From Octopus bimaculoides (lineage: Eukaryota): a DNA stretch of 64,000 nucleotides. The stretch covers positions 15,217,667 through 15,281,666 of the forward strand of contig NC_069008.1 in NCBI RefSeq assembly GCF_001194135.2, written 5' to 3'. A program made the translations under genes and the position numbers. Under the pieces are notes generated by a model. That model searched no databases. It worked only from the letters and a program-made list of their open reading frames with translations, and had not been told where the DNA came from. This document shows positions 17,040 to 30,283 of the stretch, piece after piece; position 1 is the stretch's first letter, and every line of letters begins with the position of its first letter.

Positions 17040-18450
17040 GAGTTTGTTTCGCAACCACATGGTTCTTGGTTCAGTCCCTCTACTTCAGCATTAAACTGAA
17101 TCTCATCTATCTCAAATCTCTAAGTAAATGGGTTGAGTCTTTCAGTGACTTTCATAACCTGCTCCTGTAATTTGATATCTCTGTATTTACTACTATAGTA
17201 TCTCTTTATACCAGTCTTTGGGTATGATGCCTTCCCGTACAACCCTAGGTAGAGGATGACTACACCATATCCTACTCTGCCAAATATTTTAAGAATTTCA
17301 GAGATAAATCCTGATGGAGAAGGGGTTTTCCCACGCTTTATGATAATTGCTTTACTTATAACATTGCTGTCAACAAGAATAAAGGTACTCTTTGCGAAGT
17401 AGGAAAATTCTCTTTCCCAAATTCATTCTCCATATTTATGAGCCTTTCATAATAGCACTTCCATGTCTCTTTCTTTTCAGCACTAAATGCAAGCATGCTA
17501 TTATCATTCTGCACACATTGCTCTCTCACATCTCAATGTTCTCTGGTACACTGCCTCACAAACCAAAACACCTCATGTCTTTGGTCCTCACATAATAGAA
17601 TATTGGAAAAACTTTGAAGACAAGGACCCCTTGGTTTGAAGAGACACTCATACTAAGGGAGGTTGCCTTGTGCTAGTTGAGAGGTTAAAGTGTAATAAAG
17701 ATATAGAGATAGGTGCCAAACTAGAAAGGAAACACTTGGCTACTTCTGTAGGAAAAGGAAGGAAATCAAGGAGAGATGAAGAGAAATACACCAGGGAATA
17801 GTGGGAGGAATCCAAGTGGTACAGAGGGGTTAGAGGGGGATATTTCAAAAGAATTTCAGGGAAGATGTGACTGTAGCAAGTGACAGTGAGAGATGTAGGC
17901 TTACCCCAGCCATGGCTATGTTAGGTCTGTGAGGGCATGGAAAGTGTGTGGGTAGGCATGTGAATGAAAGTGGCAAGGGCTGCAGCAGGTGGGGGAGGGG
18001 GGGCTCTTAAAAAGATAGCTTGTGGGAGATTTTTGACAGAGGGCAGATATAAGGAGGGATACGGCATGGCTGTAAAGGAGATGCTTGTATATATGGCCAC
18101 AATTTTGCTTAACATGTATTCTCAGGTGCAACAAATCACCAGATATCTTGGTCCTTTGTTGTCTCCTCTGTGAGACTCAAAATCTGAAGATCATTTCTCA
18201 CCACTTTGTCCTACATCATCCTGGGTCTACTTCTTGAAAAGATCCTCTCCATAATTACAGATAGGCACTTCTTTATGCAGATTCTCTTATCCATATGCAT
18301 CACATGACCATACCAGTGCAATCTTCTATCTTGCACACCAAGCAGGGTCATTTTTCTTTAGGGATTAGTAATTTATTTGCTTTCCTTTTTCTTAGGACTC
18401 AGGTCTTTGCTAAATTGACTCTAAGGCCCTTTGACTCTCGACCTTGCTTC
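17040..18450 (-). mobile_element. Degraded RTE-clade LINE fragments, paralogous to 1150-2500
   Basis: Minus frames give AEKKETWKCYYERLINMENE and GKTPSPSGFISEILK...GIIPKDW, the RT N-terminal motifs. RTE C-terminal sequence at 17880-18330. Confidence 0.65.
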
Positions 18451-18856
18451 CACACCTGATTCTTGTCAACAAAAAAGCCATAAATTTTGTTGCTGTTAAC
18501 ATATTTAATGAGGGCATCATTTAAAAATTAATAAATAGTAATATACAGTAATTAATATACAGCAAACTGGAGAAGTGATATTCAGCAAACACATGTAGGG
18601 ATACCAGGATGAGCAGTTTCCGAATACAGGTCCCTACATTATGGAAAAGGGCATGGATAGAGGAGAGGAGAGAAAATTTATAAAGAAAGAAAAAAACTGA
18701 AATCTTTGGCTATACATTAGTTTCAAAGTCCTAATCTCCTTTACTTAAGTCAGACGAATATTACAAAGAAGACGTTTACAGAAAAAAAACCATAGAAACT
18801 GTAATACGAGTACGTTTATGAGAAGTCACAGTGCTACTGTGAGAGAATGAGTCACT

Positions 18857-19954
18857 TTAGATATCACACTGAAATGGTTTCTCTTCTGTATGAATACTTT
18901 TGTGTATATTTAAGTCACTAACAACAGAGAATGATTTACCACAGATATCACAATGATATGGCCTCTCTCTAGTATGAATACGTCTATGGACAGTTAAATA
19001 ACCGTTTTGAGAGAATGATTTACCACAGATATCACAGCAATATGGCTTCTCTCCTGTATGAATACGTTTGTGACCAGTTAATGTACTACTCTGGGTGAAT
19101 GATTTACCACAGATATCACACTGATATGGTTTCTCTCCTGTATGAATACGTTTGTGTGAAGAAAGAGTGCTACTGTCAGAGAATGATTTACCACAAACAT
19201 CACAATGATGTGGCTTGTCTCCTGTATGAATACGTTTGTGTACAATTAAAGCACTGCTATCAGACAATGATTTACCACAGATATCACAATTAAATGGTTT
19301 CTCTCCCGTATGAACACGTCTGTGTTTTTTTAGCTCACTATTTTGAGAGACTGCTTTACCACAGATATCACAATGATATGCTTCCTCTCCAGTATGAAGA
19401 CGTTTGTGTACAGTCAAAGCAGAACTGACAGTGAATGATTTACCACAAATATCACAGTGATATGGTTTCTCTCCTGTATGACAACGTTTGTGTGCAGATA
19501 ATGTACCATTCTCACTGAATGATTTACCACAGATATCACAATGATACGGCTTCTCTCCTGTATGAATACGTCTGTGAGCAGTTAAATGAGCACTTTGAGA
19601 GAATGATTTACCACAGATACCACAATGATACAATCTCTCTCCTGTATGAATACGTTTGTGTCTAGTTAAGTGACAACTGCGATAGAATGATTTACCACAG
19701 ACATCACAAGGATATAGCTTTCCTCTTGTATGAATATATTTGTGTACAGTTAGGCTACGTTTCAGAGAAAATGATTTACCACAGACATCACAGTGATACA
19801 GATTCTCTCTTGTATGAATATGTTTGTGTTCAGTGAGGTCACTTTTTCGAGAGAAGGACCTTTTACAGACATCACAGTCATATGAAGACTTTCTTATCTC
19901 TTTTATCATGTCTTCATGAGAAATCAATTCTTCAACCTCCTCACTCTTTTCCAT
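18857..19954 (-). CDS. ZNF-5: C2H2 protein, 365 aa, 12 fingers
   Basis: Open frame from ATG 19954. TAA replaces the second Cys of a 13th finger. Confidence 0.9.
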   Translation of the reverse strand: MEKSEEVEELISHEDMIKEIRKSSYDCDVCKRSFSRKSDLTEHKHIHTRENLYHCDVCGKSFSLKRSLTVHKYIHTRGKLYPCDVCGKSFYRSCHLTRHKRIHTGERLYHCGICGKSFSQSAHLTAHRRIHTGEKPYHCDICGKSFSENGTLSAHKRCHTGEKPYHCDICGKSFTVSSALTVHKRLHTGEEAYHCDICGKAVSQNSELKKHRRVHTGEKPFNCDICGKSLSDSSALIVHKRIHTGDKPHHCDVCGKSFSDSSTLSSHKRIHTGEKPYQCDICGKSFTQSSTLTGHKRIHTGEKPYCCDICGKSFSQNGYLTVHRRIHTRERPYHCDICGKSFSVVSDLNIHKSIHTEEKPFQCDI

Positions 19955-21178
19955 TATTTTTCTCCTCAAATCACAATGTATATATATTGTTCTAGCTTTC
20001 CTTCTTATAATTCACTCTTTACAAAGAATTTGCTTTGTACATCATTTTCTTTCAGTCTTAAAATATGATAAATATTGAGGATGTATCTTCAGTTATCCCA
20101 GTCATATGATATTCTGAAATAATAAAGAAACATCAGTGTAAAATATGGAGGCTACTTAAAAAATAGATTCAAAAATGGAAAATTTACTTTTCTACAGAAA
20201 TAAAGATTTACCTGAACAACTGAACTCATAATTTCACATTATTGTTTAGCCCTGAGGCATCTCTTACTGAGCAGAAATACGATTAAAGACATTCCATCAT
20301 GTTTTTTTCTTTAGCATTGTACATCTAGGCCTACATCACCTAATACAGTTTTCAATATTCATAAATGAAAGGTGAAATTTTAAGGAAATATGCTGTTATT
20401 TCTAGTAGGTCATGCCACTACATAGAGAGCTATGAAGAAAACTATATTGTTTTTGATTTGGAGTTCAGTCCCACAGAAAGAAGAAACCGAATAAGTGTTC
20501 TTGTTATGAGATTCCATGATAGATGTAGACAAGCATCAACATGTCATTTGATTCTCATCTTCCATGGAAACATGTCTGGTCATGTGAAAATATTACCTTG
20601 CTTGGGAGCCAGTGGGGGTTGGTGACAGGAAGGACATCTGGCCATAACAATTCTACCTCAATGAATTCTGTCTGACCCAGGCAAGCATGGAAAAGTACCA
20701 TTTCTAATGATGATGAGTAAATTATATTCAGTTTATGGAGTGGCTTTTCTTGTCACTGACTCATTTTGCCAAATATCATCACCTAACTGTCCAACTTTTA
20801 ATGATTGCATAGGTCAGACCCTCACCTATTTCCAAGTAAATGAATATTCTCCAACAGCAGAAGATGTTTACGAAAGAGACAGGGGAGAAAAAATGACACT
20901 GTTTGCATAATAATGTACTCATTTACAATTATGATATGATGTAAATGTGAGGACACGCAAATGCAGACACACAGATATATGTAACTAATGGGCTCCTTGA
21001 AGTTTTTATATATCAGATCCACTCACAAGATTTTAGTCAAAAATGGAAGATACTGGCCTAAGTTGCCATGCAGTGGGACTGAACCCAAGACCATATGTTT
21101 GGGAAGTAAACTTCGTACCCACACTAAACTAATTATCTATGTATATTTTAATAATATTGAATTTTCTATATATTTTTC

Positions 21179-21690
21179 ACCATCATCATCGTTTAACGTC
21201 CGCTTTCCATGCTAGCATGGGTTGGACGATTTGACTGAGGACTGGTGAACCAGATTGCTACACCAGGCTCCAATCTGATTTGGCAGAGTTTCTACATCTG
21301 GATGCTCTTCCTAACGCCAACCGCTCAGAGAGTGTAGTGGGTGCTTTTACATGCCACCGACACGAGGACAGTCAGGTGGTACTGGCAACGGCCACGCTCA
21401 AAATGATGTATTTTACGTGCCACCTGCACAGGAGCCAGTCCAGCGGCACTGGCAACGATCACACTCGAATGTCTTTACACGGGCCACCGGCACAAATGCC
21501 AGGAAAGCGACGCTGGGCACAGGTGCCATCACAATTTCGCTTGCCCCAACAAGTCTTCACAAGCCGAGGTTCGTGTCCAATGAAGGAAACGACGTTGGGA
21601 TGGGTGCCAGTTGTCGAATTTAGTTCGATTTCGATTTCACTTGCTTCAACAGGTCGTCGCAAGCGGAGTTTGGTGTCCAATGAAGAAAAA
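21179..21690 (-). mobile_element. RTE-type 3' end with (GAT)n tail
   Basis: Reverse complement of the CCAACCCATGCTAGCATGGAAAGCGGACGTTAAACGATGATG terminus seen also at 41681, 57092 and 57716. Confidence 0.7.
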
Positions 21691-22450
21691 TGGTTCATAT
21701 TTGGTTGATTAAAATTGTAATGGCAAGTATTTATTGACCTTTTTCTTTCCTTTAAAAATCGCGGACAACCCAATACATTCCGAAAGGTATTTGTTGTAAA
21801 TTTCATTACAAATATCCCCATTTTTCTAAACGTTGTGAGGAAACTAAGTCGACATGTGTGAATTTACCAAAACTTTGGCGAAAGTAAAGAATACATACAC
21901 TCGGCGGTTCGGGGTCTTACATCACCTGACGGGTATTTGTAGAAAATTTCATTTGAAAAAAATCTATTTTTCAGAAAGTTATGCGGCAAAGAATTGCTGA
22001 TGCGTTGGACACACATCAGTCGTTATACCAAGAAACACACATTTGAAAAATTAGGATCTGTTCAGTCCCATAAATTATAGCAAAGTGTTGGCTGGAGTCT
22101 ATTTCAGAGTATTTTTCGAACCAAAACACACAAATTAACGGGGCAGCGATAAAAAGTGTTGGAGGTGGTTTCCACAGGCAGAAATAGCAACAAAATCTCG
22201 AACAAATTATGGACATTTCTCATCCATAAAAGATGAGAAAGATACAAAGAATCGACACGTCTACAGAATTAAAAAATTAAATATTTTCATTGTTTAATAC
22301 TTACGGAAATGTTTCGCACAGGAAAGAGTTGCTACAGAGTGTGTATATTATATGTACTCGAAGTGTGTTTGTAAAGCTGAGAAACGTATTGAAAGTGTCT
22401 GTAGAGGTTAATTAAAAGACACTGAGGAAGGAAACAAACAAACTCCGATG

Positions 22451-22475
22451 CGGAAGTACAATTAAGGCGCATGCG
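22451..22475 (-). promoter_or_regulatory. ZNF-5 promoter: ETS-9bp-NRF1 composite
   Basis: CGGAAGT-acaattaag-GCGCATGCG; donor at 22304-22299; acceptor at 20115-20114. Confidence 0.75.
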
Positions 22476-23554
22476 TATGGTTTATATGAAACACATATGG
22501 GAGGTAATTCTTGTCGGTACCTTTCAGCTTAAAGCAATTTTTAGTCTGTGTATAACGAAATTTTCTTGCACGATTTTTAGATATTTTATGTCAATGTAAT
22601 TCCTAGTAATGACACTGACTGTAATCCTCAAACTCATCCTGGTTTCACACCTAATTCTGAAAGAAGAATTAGTTCTCTTTCCTTTAATCATGATCTCTGG
22701 AAACGATGATTTTAACATCTACGTTTCGATGGTGCAAGGGTAAGAGTTGTCTATCGTCAGGTGACATTCCGGGTGCTAACAGTCACCTATTCAAGCGAGC
22801 TTATAAGTGACCCTCTCTGTCGAGCAACAAACATTTAGTGTTCTGTATTTATAACAATCCCATAGCTAAACTAAGTCCCAGCAACAAAGGATATATTCCG
22901 TGGGTTAACAAGGTTCAACTGAATTTAACGGCAGATGTTAACGAGGTGGAAAGCCCATTTGATTTCAATGAAGTGTGACACAGGAAAGTCAAGAAGTTAC
23001 CTTTATTGTATTCATGAAGCAAAATATGCCAAATATGCTGCTTTGTCACTTCCATTATAGTTTTGAAAAAATAACTGTTAAAATCGAACAGCACTCTTCA
23101 AAACTTGCACTAAAAATAAGAAGATAAAATTAATACCTGCTTTTATGGCAAGTTGCTGCAGGTAGTTTATACCATCCCCCTCTAACATTTAGTTCATGCA
23201 ATTGGAAAAACCGGATTATGGGTTGACCCAATAGAATATAAATCATCTCCCTCTCTTTCAGTTGCGTTTCTTTTATTTTTTTCATTGATTCCACTATTTC
23301 TGAGTTTGTCTCCATTTGCTTTCTCAATAAATATTTCTCCATTCCAGACATTACCTCCCTAACCATAAGCATAACACACGCCCAAAATTGACCAAAACAA
23401 CAAGAATAATATTATAAGATAACATCTTGTTTTGATATTTTTTTCCTTTTATTCTTTGTTTTTGCTGTTAATAGTTTTGTGTTTCACATAATGGAATTCA
23501 CGACTGAAAAATTATTTTATTTCTGGAAAACGCACGTAAGGAAGGAGAGCAGTC

Positions 23555-23748
23555 TCTACATTCGTGTGCTACCCTTTTCAGGAAGATGTTGAGGTTGATT
23601 CACTCACATCAAAAATTGCAACACTGTTTCACCTGAACTCTTCTGGAGTGGAGGATGAGATTTTTACACTACAGGCTGACATTCAGCTGTAATCCAGGGC
23701 CCATGGACAGTTCTGGAACTTACTCACAGAGGAGAAGTACCCCAACAT
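23555..23748 (+). mobile_element. hAT transposase C-terminal fragment (GTF2IRD2/Charlie-like)
   Basis: EDVEVDSLTSKIATLFHLNSSGVEDEIFTLQADIQL*SRAHGQFWNLLTEEKYPNM; FW...YP is the start of the hAT dimerisation domain. Confidence 0.6.
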
Positions 23749-24007
23749 GAAATATTTAAAAGTTTATAAAGAATAAATATACAGAAAATTATGTGAAGAG
23801 TTGCCTAGATGAGGAGTTCCAGTACAGAAGTCCCTAATTCATAGGAAACAAAATGGGCATGGGGGTGGGGTGGCCAAAAGAGTGCAAAAGACAAAATAAG
23901 GAAAAAAGGAATTGTTGAAAATACATTATTTTCAGTCATAATTTCCATTACATAAAACAGGAATATCCAAAAGTAAGAAAAAACAAAAATACCAAAAGCC
24001 ATACAAA

Positions 24008-25348
24008 CTACCCATTTCCTTTCTCTCCAGTATGAATACATTTGTGTTTAGTTAAGTGACTACTGTAAGAGAACAATTTACCACAGACATCACAGTGATA
24101 AGGCTTCTCTCCTGTATGTGTACGTTTGTGTGGAGTTAAGGAACTATTTTGAGAGAAGGATTTGCCACAGATATCACAGTGATATGGTTTCTCTCCTGTA
24201 TGAATACGCTTGTGTTTTATTAAGTTACTATTTTGAGAGAATGATTTATTACAGATATCACAGCAATGTGTTTTCTCTCCTGTGTGAGTACGTTTGTGTA
24301 AAGTCAAGGCATGACTGTCAGAGAATAATTTAGCACAGACATCACAATGATATACCTTCTCTCTTTCATGAGTACGTTTGTGTGAAGTCAAGGTACTACT
24401 CTCAGAGAATAATTTATCACAGACATCACAGTGATATGGCTTCTCTCCTGTATGAATTCGTTTGTGTTTAGTTACATCACTACTGTTGGAGAATGATTTA
24501 CCACAGATTACACAGTGAAATGGCTTCTCACCTGTGTGAAAACGTTCATGTATAGTTAAATGACTATTTTGAGAGAAAGATTTACTACAGATATCACACT
24601 GATATGGCTTTTCTCCTGTATGAATACGCTTGTGTGTAATTAAGTGACCACTCTGGGAAAATGATGTACCACAAATATCACAATGATATGGCTTCTCTCC
24701 AGTATGAATACGTTTATGTGCAGTTAAGTGACTACTTTTAGAAAATGATTTAACACAGAGATCACAATGATATGGTGTCTCCCCAGTATGAATATGTTTG
24801 TGTGTAGTTAAATTATTACGTTTAGAGAAGGAATTACCACAGATATCGCAGTGATAAGGCTTCTCTCCTGTATGAACACGTTTGTGTACAACTAAGTCAT
24901 TATTCTGAGAGAATGACTTACCACAGACATCACAATGATAAGGTGTCTCCCCAGTATGAATACGTTTGTGTGCAATTAATTTATTACTTTGAGAAAATGA
25001 TTTACCACAGATATCACAGTGATATGGCTTCTCTCCTGTATGAATACGTTTGTGTGTAGTTAAGCTACCACTCTGAGAGAATGATTTACCACAGATATCA
25101 CAATGATATGGCTTCTCTCCTGTATGAATACGTTTGTGTACAATTAAGTCAGTATTTTGAGAGAACGATTTACCACAGATATCGCAATGATAAGACTTTT
25201 CTCTTGTATGAATACATTTGTGCATAGTTAGGTGACATTTCTGAGAGAAGGACTTTTTACAGACATCACAGTCATGTGACAATTTCCTTATCTCCTGTAT
25301 TATGTCTTTAGGAAAAGTCAATTCTTTAAGTTTCTCCCTCTTTTCCAT
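24008..25348 (-). CDS. ZNF-6: C2H2 protein, 446 aa, 15 fingers
   Basis: 24-aa leader, 15 fingers and a TGEKGNG tail; intact ORF. Confidence 0.92.
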   Translation of the reverse strand: MEKREKLKELTFPKDIIQEIRKLSHDCDVCKKSFSQKCHLTMHKCIHTREKSYHCDICGKSFSQNTDLIVHKRIHTGEKPYHCDICGKSFSQSGSLTTHKRIHTGEKPYHCDICGKSFSQSNKLIAHKRIHTGETPYHCDVCGKSFSQNNDLVVHKRVHTGEKPYHCDICGNSFSKRNNLTTHKHIHTGETPYHCDLCVKSFSKSSHLTAHKRIHTGEKPYHCDICGTSFSQSGHLITHKRIHTGEKPYQCDICSKSFSQNSHLTIHERFHTGEKPFHCVICGKSFSNSSDVTKHKRIHTGEKPYHCDVCDKLFSESSTLTSHKRTHEREKVYHCDVCAKLFSDSHALTLHKRTHTGEKTHCCDICNKSFSQNSNLIKHKRIHTGEKPYHCDICGKSFSQNSSLTPHKRTHTGEKPYHCDVCGKLFSYSSHLTKHKCIHTGEKGNG

Positions 25349-26094
25349 TATGTTTTCTTCTCAAATCCCAATGTGCATATTTTTTCTTGCTTTTGTTCTA
25401 ATATTTTATTCCATACAAATATTTCTACAGCTGTATTTCTGTCCAGGGTTGACTTTGTCGAACAACTCTTTTGTAATTTTATTCAAGTTTAATCAGAGCT
25501 CAAGCTCATTTTGCTGACATTCCTGTCACTGATGCGCAGAAATTTTGCTAATAATCTCAGCTCAGAACAAATACTGTAAACGAATTCTACCACAGCTTTA
25601 TAGAAACAATGCTATAGATCTGTTCAGTATAAAATTTTCCTTTAGTTTTTGAAAGATAAATACTGAGAATGTATCTTCTGTTATGCCAATGTCATCTGAT
25701 ATCCTGAAATAATAAAGAAACATCAGTGTAAGGTATAGAGTCTACTTTAAAAATAAAGATTCAACAATGGAAAAGTTACATTTCTATCGAGATCAACATT
25801 GACCTCAACAACTGAATTTTTTAATTTATTAAAATTTAAATCACAGAATCTTGTGTGTAGCTTACATGTTTGTAAACCAGACCTACACCTTCACATTGTA
25901 TAATATTATTTAGGTTAAACTAGAAAATAGTGGACAATAACATTCTTCTTTCTCCAGACATATATGAAATTGCTGTTTGGCCTGAAGACAACTCTAACTG
26001 AGCAGAAATATGATTAAAGACATTCCATCTATGAACATCCTGTCTTTCTCTCTATCATTGTATATCTAGGATTACATCATCCAATACAGTGTTT

Positions 26095-26562
26095 AGCGAA
26101 TTTCTGCTTTATGCATGGCATATAACCCCTCATAATGTTTTTTCATATTTTGGAATTCCAAGAAAAGTTTCATAAATTTGTATTCCGCACATGGGAATTC
26201 ATATGTTTATGCAAAACAAAAATAAAAAAAAAAGTTTCAGTGTTTGATTTAAGGGTTGTTTAGCACCTCATACCATCCTCATTTGTTTGTCACTTTGACA
26301 ATGTTAATAGTTTTCAGTATCTCTCTCCCCAGAAACATACTTCATGGTCTACCGCTGGGATTTTAACCTAAAATTTGAACTGTCCCTATTTTAAACTGCA
26401 ATTTAAAAATGAAAAAAATTTTTTTAATTTTAAAAAATTTCTTTTACATAGACTTATGAATTTTCATATGCAGAATACAAATTTGCAAAAATTTTCTGAA
26501 AATTCAAAAAAATTTTAATAGTTATGAGGGGTTATATGTCATGTGTAAAGCTGAATTCTGCC
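26095..26562. mobile_element. Foldback MITE with long TIRs in ZNF-6 intron 1
   Basis: GCTTTATGCATGGCATATAACCCCTCATAA versus TTATGAGGGGTTATATGTCATGTGTAAAGC; flanks CAGTGTTT / CAGTTTTC (imperfect 8-bp duplication). Confidence 0.65.
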
Positions 26563-26714
26563 CAGTTTTCAACATTTATGACTGAAGGATATTTAAGGGT
26601 AATGTGCTGTTATTTCTAGTAGGTCCTGTGAACACATAGCTGTGATCAAATTCAAGTTGTCTTCACAGATCCTACAATTTCTATTACAGATCAAACAAAA
26701 ATAGTTTCATGCAC

Positions 26715-27160
26715 TGTTTGGCTGCTATTTCTAGCTATGGAAGAGAGTTGTCTATGGTTTGCATGAGATTTGGTTGCTATTTCTAGCTATGAAAGAGATG
26801 TCTTTGATTTGTGTGAGATTTGGCTGCTATTTCTAGCTATGGAAGAGAGATATATATTATTCGCACGAGATTTGGCTGCTNNNNNNNNNNGGAAGAGAGA
26901 TATATATTATTCGCACGAGATTTGGCTGCTATTTCTAGCTATGGAAGAGAGATATATATTATTCGCACGAGATTTGGTTGCTATTTCTAGCTATGGAAGA
27001 GAGTTGTCTATGATTTGGGCTAGATTTGATTGCTATTTCAAACTATGGAAGAGAGATGTCTAGAATTAGCAGCCAAATCTTGCATAAGTCATAGACATCT
27101 CTCTTCCAGAACTAGAAATAGCAGCCAAATCTCGCACAAATCATAGACATGTCTTTCCCA
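26715..27160. repeat. 52-bp minisatellite: about 7 forward units followed by about 2 inverted units
   Basis: Unit TTTGGCTGCTATTTCTAGCTATGGAAGAGAGAT...GCGAGA; period 52 (26891, 26943, 26995); orientation flips at about 27060. Confidence 0.85.
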
Positions 27161-28086
27161 TGATGTATAGGTCACTTCTTTAGACTTTTCAATGTTATCC
27201 ATCATTGATGCTATAAATATATTACAAATTGTAAGCATCATAATTTATCTTTTTAAGGAAATGAGAGAATGTGAACAGTGCAGGAGTTAATTTGAAATTA
27301 GGTTCAGGCTACCCTAGAGACAGTTTGAAATCCATTTCAGATTACCAAAAGTAATGTTTGTAATGCAAAGCGTGAAATCAATTGATATTGAAATATACAT
27401 TACTTACTGTATGTATTCAACGCAAAAGTAAGCCTATTTCTCATGTATATACAGAGAGATATGATATTTGCATACAAGCACAATTGTAATATATGAGTAT
27501 GTGGAAGCAAAATCGATGTGTATGGAATATAATCAGTACCAACTTCATCCAGAAGTTTATTTGAGAACAAATTTTATAGAAAGTTATGCGAAAACAAAAT
27601 TGCTAGTGGGGGGGGGGGGGACACATTCTTAGTTATACCAAGAAACAAACATTTGATGAATTATAATAAGGTATCGGTTTCTAAACATTTCAGTGATTGG
27701 AGTATATTTCAGAATAATTCTCAGACTAAAACACACAACAAATCATAGTCATCTCTGACCCATAGCTCGAAATAGCAGCCAAATATTGCACAAATCATAG
27801 ATATCACTCAATCGTAACAAGAAATAGCGGTTAAATCAAGTACAAATTACAGATATCTTTCTTCTATAGCTAGAAATAGCAGCTAAATCTCGCACAAATC
27901 ATAGACATCTCTCATTCATAAAAGGTAGAAGAGACACAAAGAATCGACAGGTCAAAGACCCAATAGTGTTGAAATATGGAATATTTTCATCAATACTTAC
28001 GTTATTATTTTATAAAGGATACTGTAGTTATAATTATATAAAAGTGTGCTAATTACGAGAAGTTAGATGTATTTTGCAGCACAATA

Positions 28087-28528
28087 CGGAAGTGCATTTA
28101 ATGCGCATGCGTACCTTTTATATAAAATATTTTCGCGAAATCTTGTTATCTCCCTTTAATAGATGCTTGTCCCCCCACCACAATCGCTTGACAACCGATG
28201 TCGGTGTGTTTACCTGCCCGTAACTTGGAAGTTCGGCAACAAGCAACCGATAGAATAAGTGCTAGGCTTACAAAGAATAAAACCGTGGTGAAAAACAAAC
28301 TGGAAAAATTCAAGTCAAATCAGAGAAAATTCAACAGAGTCCAGATCCGAAACTCTTTCTCACGGTCGAACTGTCTTCTGCAAATAACCCCAGAGGTGCT
28401 ATGCCGGTATGGACACAAGAAAACAAGACAGCATAAATACAAAAAATCAAAACATAAAGGGAATTAACAATCGTTAGCTACTGAAAACCGTGTTCAAAAA
28501 ATGCGCATGCGCACTATGCGTACTTCTG
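28087..28528. promoter_or_regulatory. Bidirectional promoter of ZNF-6 (-) and ZNF-7 (+)
   Basis: CGGAAGT-9-GCGCATGCG at 28087-28111 and an inverted copy at 28504-28528; donors at 28000-27995 (-) and 28670-28675 (+). Confidence 0.75.
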
Positions 28529-28779
28529 TTTCCATTTTGGCATCAAATTATTTGTGTCAGGTGCTTGAGGTTATGAATACATTTATAATGCTTTATAATA
28601 CACACTTGTTATACATTGTTCACCTACTACGCTCGCTTGTAACAACTCTGCCCTTTATAAGACATTTCCGTAAGTATTAAACCACGAAAATATTCAGTCT
28701 TTTTAATTCTGTAGACGTTCTGTTTTTGACGTGTCGATTCTTTGTCTCCCCAATCGTTTATGGATGAGAAATGTCCGCG

Positions 28780-29070
28780 ATTTAGGTACTATTTCTTGCT
28801 ATGGAAGCGAGACGTCTATGCTTTGTGCGAGATTTGGCTGCTGTTTCTAGCTATGGAAGAAAGGAGTCTATGCTTTGTGCGAGGCTTGGCTGCTATTTCT
28901 AGCTTTGGAAGAGAGATTCTGTGATTTGTGCTAGATTTGGCTGCTATTTCTGCCTATGGAAGAGAGATATCTGTGATTTATGCGAGATTTGGCTGCTATT
29001 TCTAGCTACGGAAGAGAGATGTCTATAATTTGTGCGATATTTGGCTGCTATTTCTACTTATGGAAGCTAC
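28780..29070 (+). repeat. 52-bp minisatellite, 5-6 units, in ZNF-7 intron 1
   Basis: Same unit as at 26715; period 52 (28803, 28855). Confidence 0.85.
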
Positions 29071-30283
29071 CTTCTACATTGTCCATCGTTGCCACATCAG
29101 GTTGTTGTGTGTTTTAGTTAAAGAAATATTCTGAAATACACTCCAACCACTGAAATGTTCAAAAACCAATACTTTATTATAAATTTTCGAATGTTTGTTT
29201 CTTGGTGAGACTTGTGGCGATTTGCTGTACTTGAGAAAACATGTTGAGCTAAGTAAAATCGCTGTCATAGGCCATGTAAAATGCATTTGTGCCAGTGTCA
29301 AGTTAAAAGCACCCAGAACACTCTGTAAAGTGGCTGGTATTAGGAAAGGCATCCAACCATAGAAACCATGCCAAAACTGACAGTTGGAGTCTGGACAGCT
29401 CCTGTCAAACCATCCAACCCATGCCAGCATGGAAAAACGGACGTTAAATGGTGATGATGCCTTATAGAAAAGAAAAAAGTTGCTTTTATCTTTTTTTTTT
29501 ACTCCCGTGATTCATCCAGTGGAAATTATGACTGAAAAAAATATATCTTTAACATCTTTTTCACATCCAAAAAGTAATTTACATTTTAATTTTTTTGACA
29601 CCTTTCCCATTTCCATGCCCTTTTCCTTTCCCATAATGTAGGGAGCTCTTTACCAAAACTCCTCCTCCTGGCAACCCTACTCATGGTTCTTTGATTAATA
29701 TCACTTTCCAACTTTACTGTGTAGTTATTTATTAACATTTAAAGGCTTTACTCATGGAATATGTTAACAAGTAACATGGGTTATGACCTTTTCATACCCA
29801 GGAATACAGTAAAGTTGTCAAATATGTGCATTAACAACCTCCAGTACAAAATGAAAGTGACTGCATTGTAACATGAGCCATAACTACAGTTTAGTGCCCC
29901 ACAACAGAATGCTTCTCATAACTTATCAATGGAATATATATAAATTTTCCACTGTTGAATCTGTATTTTTAAAGCAGCTTCTTTATCTTAAACTGTTATT
30001 TCCTTATTATTTCAGAATATCAGACGACAGTGGGATAACACAAGATACATCCGCAGTATTTATCATTTAAGACAATGTTATAGAGAACAGATATATAATA
30101 CTGTTTCTATAAACCTATGATAGAATTCTAGTAAAATATTTGCTCTGGCCTGAGATTATTACCAAAATTTCCATACATATCTGACAGGAGTGTTGAGAAG
30201 ATGCATTTGCATGCAAATTAAACTTGGATATATATATATATATATATATGCACACACACACACAGTGATTTGAGGAGAAAATA

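Noticed and set aside
23130-23372. 80-aa charged ORF
   Set aside because: No recognisable homology or splice context; cannot be supported without a search.
28198-28467. 89-aa ORF inside the bidirectional promoter
   Set aside because: Starts in a SINE-tail fragment, is lysine-rich from A-rich DNA and has no recognisable motif.
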